Virus record (IMG/VR): IMGVR_UViG_3300025645_000062
Span: 4,275-68,274 of that record
Strand: one strand, 5' to 3'
DNA length: 64,000 nt
Origin: a virus
How positions within the stretch are numbered: position 1 is the first letter of the stretch; the number at the start of each line of letters is the position of its first letter. Both the position numbers and the translations under genes were made by a program. Shown here piece by piece: positions 38,162 through 47,600 of this stretch. The notes below the pieces were generated by a model. That model was not told the DNA's origin and did no database searches. It saw only the letters and a list, made by a program, of their open reading frames with translations.

Positions 38162-41100
38162 CTAACCTTCACTTGAAGTTAACGATAGTCGTTGACTCGG
38201 TGTCCAGTTAGTCCCTTGCATAAAGTTAGTGCGTGATGTCATTAATAATCTGTACGCTCTAATATCACTTGAATAGTCGCTGTCGTAAAATGTGAAACCA
38301 CGATTTAATGATTGATATCCTGAGTTAATCCATCTACCTTCGCCTTCTGGTTCGTATGTACTGTAGTAAACCCCTCTTTCACCTAATAGTGATCTACTTG
38401 CTTTATCAACCCATACACCCCCCAAATATTGTTGAAACACAACAATACACTCAGGTACAGGTATGTCTTGGGTGGTTAATTCAGAAGAACCATAAGGGTT
38501 ATTATATCGTGAATTAAGACTTACAGAGTAGTTAACAGCAATTAAACCTTCATTCGAACCTATCGAGATATCTACATTCGCAGTGTCTGCAAGATCTGAA
38601 GTTGCTTTAGAAGTTTGTAACGCGCCACTGATTATCGTGCCACCAAAATAAGCATCACCATCTGTTGTAAGATACGTAATAGCATTAGATTTAGTTACAT
38701 TTGTGTAGTTAATTATATTGTCTGCAGGATCCCCCACTAAATGCCTTTCACCAAACCACTCAATAAATTGACCTGATGAACCAAACCCATCTGCTGCTGA
38801 AATACGCATGTGAGAACTACCTACATACTCAATTTTAGGTGAACGAAGTCCTACGTTTGCAACAATTTTTTCCGTGGTTATTACATTTGCAGCTAGCTTA
38901 TCTGTTGTAATAGTTTCCGTAACTAAAGCTTCAGCTGCAACTGTACCATGAACTAGCTGGTTTCCATCTACAACGTCAATAAAGTTTTCCCACGTTGTAC
39001 CGTTGTACAGGTAATCTAAACGAAATCTTAAAGTTTCATCTGAGGCAGAATCATTTACATAACTCAATACATCTTTGTTTTGAGGTTGTTTACTTACAGC
39101 AGATACAAAATCACTTGTTTTAATTGAATTAGACTTAGTAGCAATTGAATTTTCAGATGTTGTATTTGGAACAATAATAATGTAACTACCTGAACCAAAC
39201 TCACCATTAGTACCTGATGCACCTGAAGGCCCAAAAGCTATTCCAGTTATACTTATATCTGGATAATCAGCTGTACAATCAAATCTATACGCACCACTAG
39301 GAACATTATTTGAAGTGTAAAACACTGTCCCATTTTTAAGGTAAGTTACTTCTTTAGTATCATTTACAACTGTTAAAATATCCGAAGGAGCATAAGAAAC
39401 CCCTGTATCCAAGGTAAATACTCCCTCTTCATAGATATATAATAAATTATTACGACCTAAAATGGCATAATCTATCGTACTGTAATGAGGTGAAGTTCCT
39501 ATATCATTTGAAATACCAAACATTAATCCTTCAGTACCTGTGGCTTCTGAAAATACAGCTGTAGAAAAACAACCACCAGAATAAGACTCGGCAGAGTAAG
39601 CTCCTGCATTCCAAGCTGTGTTTGTCCCCACATGTGTTTTCTTAAATGTATTCTGGCTAACAACTCCGTATGCTGGAGCAGAACTTATTAGTGTAAAAAA
39701 AGATACACCATCAGTTCCGTTAACACTTGCTACTACAGCATCTTCCCAATCATTTACAACAATATTTTCTGTAAGAACTTCAGCTGAAGAAGTTACAGGT
39801 GCAACAGTTATCCACAACTTGTTCCCCTCTCCAGTACTACTTGGGCGAGTTGTTTGCCAGTTTCCACTAGAAGTTGCAGTAATTTTTTGAGTGGCAAACT
39901 CAAAAGTAAGTGTTTCTGCAGGTAAACTTACACTGTTAACATTTGAACCAGTAACTTGGTAAAGATACGCAGTAGCAAACTTAACACCATTTTTATTTAA
40001 TAAGTCTACATCCCAATTATCAATACTTGGATCAATATCCAGTTTAGAAAAAGCAATACCCGAAGCTAACCATAAAGGTAAATTTGACTCAGGAGGTAAT
40101 TGTTGACTCCATCCTGCAGTATTACCTGAAATATTTGTTGCAGTTTTAGTAACAAAATTATAACTCCAATTACCAACTGTACTATCGGTTGGGTTAGTTG
40201 CTGACCTAGTGTACAAAAATAATGGAAAAGATTTATCACCATAATCTATACCTAGTTCAGGTTTAATTTTAGTTGCCCCTACCCAAGGAGTAGTAGTGTA
40301 TGTTCCAGTTACAGCTAAGTCCCAATCAATACCTAAATCAGTATTACGTGCAGCTTGATAAGCTGCTTGGTTATACCACCAAACAGTTCTTTCATACTTG
40401 TAAACATCATCATTTACTAAATTTTTATGCCAATCCACAACACTAGGAGTTACTGCATTAAACGCAGCAGTACCATCTGAACCATAGTAAACTTCAAACT
40501 CAGGTATCCAACCATCCTGCCCATCACTTCCTCTAATTCTTTCTGGTTCACGCCAGTCTCCAATACCTGTTTCGTTAAGTACTTCCCGCTGTCTTCTCCA
40601 TACATCATTAACAGCATAAACACTTCGCCAAATATTATTAACTAAATCTTGTTCACTAGCATATTGAGTCTGTAAATAATAAGTATCACCTACTAAACCA
40701 TCTTGTGCTGCAAGTTTGACATATTGAATTACGCCAGTAAGTTCACTGGTATTATCTGCATAAAGTGTAACTTGACTGTCTTTTCTCCAAATATCTCCTT
40801 CAACATAGACTACATGCCAAGGGTTATTTAAACCTTTGTCAGTTGAGTATTCATATTGCCAAGATAACGTGCTACCATCGGCACCTTTAAAATCTTGTGG
40901 GTTATTTACAGTTAAATTACCAAACAGGTTTACTTCATTTGCTTCTGTGTCAAATTCTACAAGGGGAACTCCATCTCTACCTTGGATAATACTTTTATCT
41001 ACTTGAGTAGTTAAATTAATTCCTGTGCTGTCTGCAAATAACTTTTGAAAACCTTCAATGGGATTGCCATTTTTACTATATTTAAGTCGTATTCCCTTTT

Positions 41101-42013
41101 CAAATAAAGCGTCAACTAAATCATTAGCATCTACATACTTAATTTCTTCTTTAGTGTAGACCTCACCTTCGTGAATACCCTCACCTGCTTTATAACTTTT
41201 ATTTGAAGCTGTTACAGAGGCACTTTGAGCTGCCCCACCTTCAGGTGTGTACGTTTGCTCAAGTTTTAAAGTTTCGGTGCTCTCAGCACTACCTAGGAGG
41301 CTAATACTAGAATGTGTAACGTCAATATCGGTAAGAGTTAAGTCGTTTATTACTGAACCCACTGAACCAGTGAAAGATGTGGATTGAGTTGCTTTTTCCT
41401 GTCCGTTTGAACTTTGAAATATCCCAAAAGTAGTTACTCCATTTAAAATAGGAGTTGTAAATTCTTGAGTATTGCCTAAAGCATAGTTGGCACTATTGTC
41501 AGAATAACTGAGTAACTGGGTAGACTGATTACTTAAACCAGTGCTAAGAGAAAAGTTTTCTGCTGCCAAATACTGTTCTGAATTCTTATGTATAGTTTTT
41601 TGTTCATTTGAGTAAACACCATCTAAACTTACTTGGTGCTCATCTACAAAGTTCCACTCATCACTATTAATTGTTTGGTTAAAAAGTGTTTCCCATACAG
41701 TAGGTAACTCACTAGAAATAGTTACTACAACTGGAGAAGCGTATCTAATTAATTCTTGAATACTAATATTAGAAGGAGTACTCGAATCTACTAATACTGT
41801 ACCTGAAATATGAAATTCATCTGTATATAAAACTTCTAAAAGATACCGTCCATTTTCCAGTGGAAAAGTATATAACCCAGCTTCATCGGAAGTATGAGTT
41901 GCATCCATTTGATTTAAGATTTCACCTGTTGTACTTAAAGCGGTAAGTCTTATACTAGCTAAAGGAATTACACCCTGCATAGGATCGACTAATGTACCTG
42001 TAATAGTTATCAT
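38162..42013 (-). CDS. Large tail fibre / host-specificity protein
   Basis: Phage_tail_N-like start, collagen-like linkers (KGADG, RGSDGQDG), beta-rich repeats, ITTDKL/ITTEKI repeats, DGDAYFGG near the C-terminus. Confidence 0.7.
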   Translation of the reverse strand: MITITGTLVDPMQGVIPLASIRLTALSTTGEILNQMDATHTSDEAGLYTFPLENGRYLLEVLYTDEFHISGTVLVDSSTPSNISIQELIRYASPVVVTISSELPTVWETLFNQTINSDEWNFVDEHQVSLDGVYSNEQKTIHKNSEQYLAAENFSLSTGLSNQSTQLLSYSDNSANYALGNTQEFTTPILNGVTTFGIFQSSNGQEKATQSTSFTGSVGSVINDLTLTDIDVTHSSISLLGSAESTETLKLEQTYTPEGGAAQSASVTASNKSYKAGEGIHEGEVYTKEEIKYVDANDLVDALFEKGIRLKYSKNGNPIEGFQKLFADSTGINLTTQVDKSIIQGRDGVPLVEFDTEANEVNLFGNLTVNNPQDFKGADGSTLSWQYEYSTDKGLNNPWHVVYVEGDIWRKDSQVTLYADNTSELTGVIQYVKLAAQDGLVGDTYYLQTQYASEQDLVNNIWRSVYAVNDVWRRQREVLNETGIGDWREPERIRGSDGQDGWIPEFEVYYGSDGTAAFNAVTPSVVDWHKNLVNDDVYKYERTVWWYNQAAYQAARNTDLGIDWDLAVTGTYTTTPWVGATKIKPELGIDYGDKSFPLFLYTRSATNPTDSTVGNWSYNFVTKTATNISGNTAGWSQQLPPESNLPLWLASGIAFSKLDIDPSIDNWDVDLLNKNGVKFATAYLYQVTGSNVNSVSLPAETLTFEFATQKITATSSGNWQTTRPSSTGEGNKLWITVAPVTSSAEVLTENIVVNDWEDAVVASVNGTDGVSFFTLISSAPAYGVVSQNTFKKTHVGTNTAWNAGAYSAESYSGGCFSTAVFSEATGTEGLMFGISNDIGTSPHYSTIDYAILGRNNLLYIYEEGVFTLDTGVSYAPSDILTVVNDTKEVTYLKNGTVFYTSNNVPSGAYRFDCTADYPDISITGIAFGPSGASGTNGEFGSGSYIIIVPNTTSENSIATKSNSIKTSDFVSAVSKQPQNKDVLSYVNDSASDETLRFRLDYLYNGTTWENFIDVVDGNQLVHGTVAAEALVTETITTDKLAANVITTEKIVANVGLRSPKIEYVGSSHMRISAADGFGSSGQFIEWFGERHLVGDPADNIINYTNVTKSNAITYLTTDGDAYFGGTIISGALQTSKATSDLADTANVDISIGSNEGLIAVNYSVSLNSRYNNPYGSSELTTQDIPVPECIVVFQQYLGGVWVDKASRSLLGERGVYYSTYEPEGEGRWINSGYQSLNRGFTFYDSDYSSDIRAYRLLMTSRTNFMQGTNWTPSQRLSLTSSEG

Positions 42014-42029
42014 TTAAAAGCCTGTTAAA

Positions 42030-42533
42030 TTATTTAGAGTTACGTACTAGAGTATCAAATTGTTTACTTGTTCTTGAGGCAAAGTACCAACCAACTGCAG
42101 TGGAAGTTAAACCTGTTGTAGATAATACTACAATTCGGTATAAACCTAATAGTTCATCTGAACTAAAGGCTGTTAAACCTCCTGTAAGTGTTTCTAAAGC
42201 AATAAGTATAGTGTAGGTCTGATACATTAATATACCTAGTATAGCGGGGCGTATAAGAGCTTTGAGGTGTTCTGCAAACTTACTTGTAGTTGTCTGACTT
42301 AACTGAAAAGCTTTAGCTTCTAATTTTTCAACTACTAGCTCACCCGCAACACGAGCTGTTTCAATTCCCATCTCAGCCATTTGGAGTGCTGCATCAGTCT
42401 TTGCTGCAACCATATCCAGTTCATGGTTTAAAGTCATTTGTATGCTAGCTCTTTCTTCACGTTTTGAAAGGTATCCAAAGATACCTCCTAAAGCTGAACC
42501 AAAACCAGCTGAACCAAGTATATCTAGTAACAT
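42030..42533 (-). CDS. Holin-like membrane protein
   Basis: N-terminal hydrophobic Gly-rich segment, coiled coil, IRP motif, two TM helices ending WYFASR; in lysis cluster. Confidence 0.6.
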   Translation of the reverse strand: MLLDILGSAGFGSALGGIFGYLSKREERASIQMTLNHELDMVAAKTDAALQMAEMGIETARVAGELVVEKLEAKAFQLSQTTTSKFAEHLKALIRPAILGILMYQTYTILIALETLTGGLTAFSSDELLGLYRIVVLSTTGLTSTAVGWYFASRTSKQFDTLVRNSK

Positions 42534-42542
42534 AAACTTTCC

Positions 42543-42779
42543 TTAATCTTCTTGTTTAACCTGAGTGTTGTTAATACACTTTACAAACGCACCTAACAAC
42601 GCAGCTACAAACGCAAAAAAACCTGCAACACTTTCTACACTTAAAGTAGTATGATTATTTTCATAGAAATCCCAAACTTTAAGTAACATGTAACCTAAAA
42701 AACAAACACTACCTATTGCTAGTATCCTGTATTGTTTTAAAGAAGTATGTAAAGGTTGTTTTCCAATGTGCTTGATCAT
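42543..42779 (-). CDS. Small two-TM membrane protein (holin/antiholin candidate)
   Basis: Two hydrophobic helices; overlaps the endolysin stop. Confidence 0.55.
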   Translation of the reverse strand: MIKHIGKQPLHTSLKQYRILAIGSVCFLGYMLLKVWDFYENNHTTLSVESVAGFFAFVAALLGAFVKCINNTQVKQED

Positions 42780-43120
42780 TATTTGCTTCCATTATGTTCT
42801 AAAGAATAATGGTTACCATCATTAAATCTACCACCCCATCTACAATCAGGGTCTAACGATTCCCAGTATAATCCAAATGGTTCATGATCTTTATCAGTAG
42901 TTAAGTAAACACCATCTTTAAATAAGTTTAAATCTAATGCTAATCTAATTTTGTGGCAGGAATTGCGATGTCCGTAAGCTTTCTTTTTTCCAATATGTCC
43001 GTGAATTCTTGGATCTCTAAATGCGTCACCAAAGGTAATTTCATACCCCCGTGCATGTATAAAATCTAATAAATTAGAAATTAACCTAGTAAACTTTTTT
43101 TGTTTATCACCTAAACTCAT
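42779..43120 (-). CDS. Endolysin, peptidase M15 family
   Basis: FR, SCH-x6-D (SCHKIRLALD), WGGRF-DGNHYS zinc-peptidase motifs. Confidence 0.85.
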   Translation of the reverse strand: MSLGDKQKKFTRLISNLLDFIHARGYEITFGDAFRDPRIHGHIGKKKAYGHRNSCHKIRLALDLNLFKDGVYLTTDKDHEPFGLYWESLDPDCRWGGRFNDGNHYSLEHNGSK

Positions 43121-43144
43121 ATTAAAACCTTTTTAAAATAGTTA

Positions 43145-43468
43145 CTAAAAAATATTAGGCATGTTTGCTTTTATAAAATCAACAAAGTAAACGACTACCG
43201 TTGCAATTAATCCCCATTTGGTAACCGCTACAGCAAAATTTTGTAAAACTTTTACTATACGAAATAACCCTACAGCATCTCGGTGTAGTTGCATAATCCC
43301 ACGAGCTTCTTCAGCAAGTTGTTTATGTGATGCAGTGTTTGCTGCTATTGCTTCGACTAATGATTCCATAAAGTGTTTATTCTCTAAACGGTCGTTAACG
43401 TAGTTCAAAGAATGTTCTTCTCGCCACTTTTCTAACTTTTCAATTCTAACTACGTAAGGACAATCCAT
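43145..43468 (-). CDS. Membrane protein, coiled coil plus C-terminal TM (holin-like)
   Basis: First gene of the lysis cluster; C-terminal hydrophobic helix. Confidence 0.55.
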   Translation of the reverse strand: MDCPYVVRIEKLEKWREEHSLNYVNDRLENKHFMESLVEAIAANTASHKQLAEEARGIMQLHRDAVGLFRIVKVLQNFAVAVTKWGLIATVVVYFVDFIKANMPNIF

Positions 43469-43508
43469 AAGTAAACATCAACCCGAAAAATAAACACAAA
43501 GAACATAG

Positions 43509-43518
43509 ATACTAACAT
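43509..43518 (-). promoter_or_regulatory. Putative late promoter motif upstream of the lysis cassette
   Basis: Minus strand TTGTTT-17 nt-TAGTAT with TG extension; same 10-mer as at 38106 and 56604. Confidence 0.45.
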
Positions 43519-43605
43519 TGACGTATTTATCAAACAAGAAACGCTTTAAATAACATTAACTTCTGGTTAACATTAACCTTTAGTTTTGCCCTTACCCCAT
43601 TCACC

Positions 43606-43860
43606 TTAAAAAGGTGCCCACCTATTATGTTTTTCTACTGCATACTCTGTTTTACAGTGATCTGTTTCCCAGAAAAACAACATATCAATTGCTTTCTCAA
43701 TATACTTCCAACCCTTTAACTGTAGCACCTGTGCGCAATAATGTGTTCGGGCTGAAAAAGTGTAAAACCTACACCCTCCTGTAAGTCCATTTAAAACATG
43801 ACTAAGCAAGGAAAGATTAGTCAAAATATAGTTTTTAATTTTACTTAAATATTTTTTCAT
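43606..43860 (-). CDS. Conserved phage hypothetical protein
   Basis: N.LTGG...TFSAR...ID.LFFW..DHC pattern often seen near tail/lysis genes; ATG 43860 after AGGTGG (ORF track starts at 43893). Confidence 0.65.
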   Translation of the reverse strand: MKKYLSKIKNYILTNLSLLSHVLNGLTGGCRFYTFSARTHYCAQVLQLKGWKYIEKAIDMLFFWETDHCKTEYAVEKHNRWAPF

Positions 43861-43883
43861 TTTACCACCTATTAAATTTGTAT

Positions 43884-44621
43884 TTATGTCCATAAATCAG
43901 TTTGTGCTTGTCCTGCTAGTTTTAATGCAGTTAATAATTGAAACTTACTAACCCTTACAGGTTCGTTATTAGCAAGTACCCACAAAGTAGTTTCGTCTTC
44001 ATCTAAAACTAAAACAGCGCGAGCCATACGATCTTGTGCAGATTCATCACCATCAAAGACCATACCGTTAACTTCAACGGTAATTTTGTTTACTAACTTT
44101 GTACGACTTTTTTTAAATAATTGTCGTAAGTATGGTTCTAATACATCTGCCCCTGTTTGAATAATTGGGCGTATTGGTTCAATAGGTTCAACTTCTGTAA
44201 ACTGAGTAACAAAACCCTCTTCATCTGTTACAGGTTCAAATGCTTCTTGAGCCTCTACATATTTAGCAAGTTTAGCTTGGTACTCAACATAAGTATCAAA
44301 CCATCTCCACTGGTAACCTTCAGCAACCATGTCAGCAAACATATCAAGAACAGCTTGAGGTTTATTTAAATTAATTAATCGTTCTAAATCCGACAACTCT
44401 TTTAGTTCAGGTTGAGTTATTTGACGCACATAGGTTACTTCAAGATACTCAGGAACTTGACGAGTACGTGTTTCAGTTTCACCCGTTGGCTCGAATGTTT
44501 CTTTGTCATAACCTTCAACTTCATAAGTCTCTTCAAGCATCTCACCTGATAGCTCATTAACCGTTTCTTCAAAATAGAAGTCTTTAACAACTTCAGGTAC
44601 ATCATTTATTGTTTCGTACAT
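43884..44621 (-). CDS. Tail fibre assembly-associated protein (DUF4376-like C-terminus)
   Basis: ITVEVNGMVFDGDESAQDRMARA...WVLANN...L..AL..AG..QT.LW; follows the tail fibre gene. Confidence 0.7.
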   Translation of the reverse strand: MYETINDVPEVVKDFYFEETVNELSGEMLEETYEVEGYDKETFEPTGETETRTRQVPEYLEVTYVRQITQPELKELSDLERLINLNKPQAVLDMFADMVAEGYQWRWFDTYVEYQAKLAKYVEAQEAFEPVTDEEGFVTQFTEVEPIEPIRPIIQTGADVLEPYLRQLFKKSRTKLVNKITVEVNGMVFDGDESAQDRMARAVLVLDEDETTLWVLANNEPVRVSKFQLLTALKLAGQAQTDLWT

Positions 44622-44623
44622 TT

Positions 44624-44650
44624 TATCTCCGTAGGGGCATTGCTGCCCCC
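44624..44650 (-). other. Intergenic hairpin between the tail fibre and DUF4376-like genes
   Basis: GGGGCA-TTGC-TGCCCC at 44634-44649 without a U-tract. Confidence 0.5.
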
Positions 44651-44665
44651 ATTAAGTTGTTAAAG

Positions 44666-47600
44666 TTAGGTGTTGTTTTTGACCCAACCGTAAGGAAGTG
44701 CCAATGTTGCCGTACCAGAGAGGACAGTGTTACCGTTATCGTCCGTATTGGTTGTTTGACTTGAGTTAATTGACATACTACCGTTATCACCCCAGTCACT
44801 GTCGTACACTAAATCTTCATATATGTAGTTAAGTGACACTTGTTGGTCATTTTCAACTTGGTAATCAAAGGCTTTAAAAGCTCCACCAATAGGATTAAAG
44901 GTATTAATTGAGCTATGTATTACGTAATTCAACGTATTCGCGTTAGCTAGACCGTGGCTTAGTACACTGCTTGTATCCCAACTTAACCAAGTACCCGACA
45001 AAATTTTACTTGTTAGTGACTCAGATAATAAAGAACCATACCCAGTTCCATGAAAACCAGATGCGAACACACTACCCAAACCTGCTTCACCGTTTAACAC
45101 GGGTTCCTTATAAGCAACCTTGGTTTGCTTGGCGAAGGCTGTGTAAGAAATTATAGTTGTGTAATCATAATTAGTACCCCACCCTGAAATTGTGTTAGAT
45201 ATTGAGGCTATACTACGCAAACTTGAACCATAGGTATTGCCATCATCTGATGTATATATTAAGCTTTTAACTGAATTATTTACAGATTTACGAGTGACAG
45301 GGCTATTAGATACTTTCATTCCTCCCCAACTACCCATCCAACCATCTTTTAAATCAGGATTAGCAAGGATATTAGCAGGGTCACCAATTACATCAGTTTG
45401 AGTGAAATCACCTGATACTGAGATGTTTGTACTTGCAACAACAACAACCAAGTCTGTAGTTAACCTGTTTGTTAAATTAGGTGTAAATACAACTTGAACG
45501 TCATTAATTGAATCTTGCGCAGTATTTTGTACACTAGTTACTGTAACCCTATTGTAGGTATTCCCAACATATAGAATATCTCCAGTAGCTACTAATACTT
45601 CTCTACTAACATCTAGGCCCCCATACGAAGGTGCATAATCATTACGATTCTGTTTAGTTACCTGAGTAAACTTCAACTTCTCAACACCACGGTATGTTCC
45701 GTTCTTCACCATCGCATCAACTTTAGCTGCTTCGGCAGGTGATGATTTATCCCATGCTGATAAACGATAATCGATAACACCACCTTGGCCTGATGCGTAT
45801 ATAGCGTCATAGAATTTACCGTCTGGTCTGGAAAGTTTACCCGATGCCATATCCCCATACCCTGTTAATGCTTCAGTTTTATAGCCTACTGGGTACTGTA
45901 AGAAAAACTTAGATTCTTTTAATACATCTGCATGTTTGGTTACAGAATCGGAATGATACCAAGGTTTATCCCCTTGGTTATAAAAATTACGAACGGGGGC
46001 AGTGCCCATCGGATTAAAACTAGGATGATAAGCACCTTGGTTCAATCTTGGGACAGTGCCACAGACTAGGAAATAACAGTGACCGTGTAAATCACTTGCA
46101 CCATTACTATACTCCTCCATCTGAAATACAGCATAGTCTTCACTACTTATCTTGGTGTGTCGGCTGGCAAGTGCGTAGATACCTGCGTAGCCACTTATAT
46201 AACTGGATTTGTAGTTATTTTTTCCTTGTAACTGTACTTGAGATGCAACTGCATATGTAAATACGCCTCTCGTAGCTGAATTAGCACCTTGCCAATCACC
46301 ATTACCTGCACCTGCAATAGTACGTTGACGAACTCGCCATTGGTAAAGTTTACCTTCAATCCAATACAAGTTATTCTTAGGATTAGAAAACATCTTAACT
46401 TTATTGCTATTACTAGCATTAATGAAATCAACACCTTTACCAACTGAACTCGTGTCTCCGTCAAATACAGCATAGTAAGTAGCAGGGCGATTAGATGATG
46501 AGGTACTAATACCGCTCATTGTATTAGCTTTAGCTTGAATCAAACCATTGGGATATACGTATGGGTTAGCGACTGTAACTTCTTCAAGGAAACCCTCAAA
46601 GCCGTACATGTCGACTCGTTCGGTTACTACTTGGGTTGTTACTTTTCGGATTAAGAAACTGTATACTGTGGCGGTTGTGGCATTTGACGAACGGAATCCC
46701 ATAGTCTGTCCTCTACCAGTTTCACCTATGTATTTAGCAGTTATTGTATGCTCACCTGATACCGTCCCTGTATAAATACTTCCTGCAACCAATTCCCAAT
46801 TAGCTATAAATGGTAAAATATTTAAAGATCCAGATTGAATATCAGAAACCATACTAATTGTGTACGTTACCCCATTAACTAAACTAGGAACAATTATTCT
46901 TGTATCTTCCCCCCCTCCAACCTCAGTAACTGATGTACTACCCCCTGAAAAAACCCAAGCAGAGTCACTGTTAGCCCAATACGCATCACCCAACCTAAAG
47001 TCACCATTCTTAACAACTCCCTCAAACGCTCTAGCAACAGCTTCATTTGTATCAGCAGCTACATCACCATACTTAGGGTCTACGTCTTTGGTGTAATCAA
47101 CAATAGTGCCTGTAGCACTGTCATACGTGACTGTGCCATTGGGTGCATCGGGGAATTTTATTCGGCTACGTTGAGTCGTACCAACCGATTCATTGAGCAT
47201 TCGCAACTCAGTTTCAATTCCTGCAATATTTACATGAGCTAAATCATGCTTAGAAGTACCACGAGCACCTGCGTACTCTCGACCCATGAATAATTCATTG
47301 GGGACTGATAGAACAGTATTTAACCCTTGGTTAATTCCGACTTCATTACCATTGTTATTATGCTTACCAAAATGAACAAAACCACTGGCTGCGTATTTAC
47401 TGTTACCCTCTGCTTGTTCTTCCGCAAATACATTACGACCTGTAATCTCAGCAGGTAACCAATCTACATCAATAATACCTTCGCTATCAGCAATAGGTAT
47501 TTTACCTGCCTCAGCTGTAAGTGTTGCAGTACCCCCACTAACAACTGCTACTGCAGTATCTCGTGCTTGTTCAACAACCACTCTTGCAGTGTTAGCACTA

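Noticed and set aside
43551-43577. TAACATTAAC direct repeat upstream of the lysis promoter motif
   Set aside because: Only two copies of an AT-rich 10-mer; insufficient to call an operator
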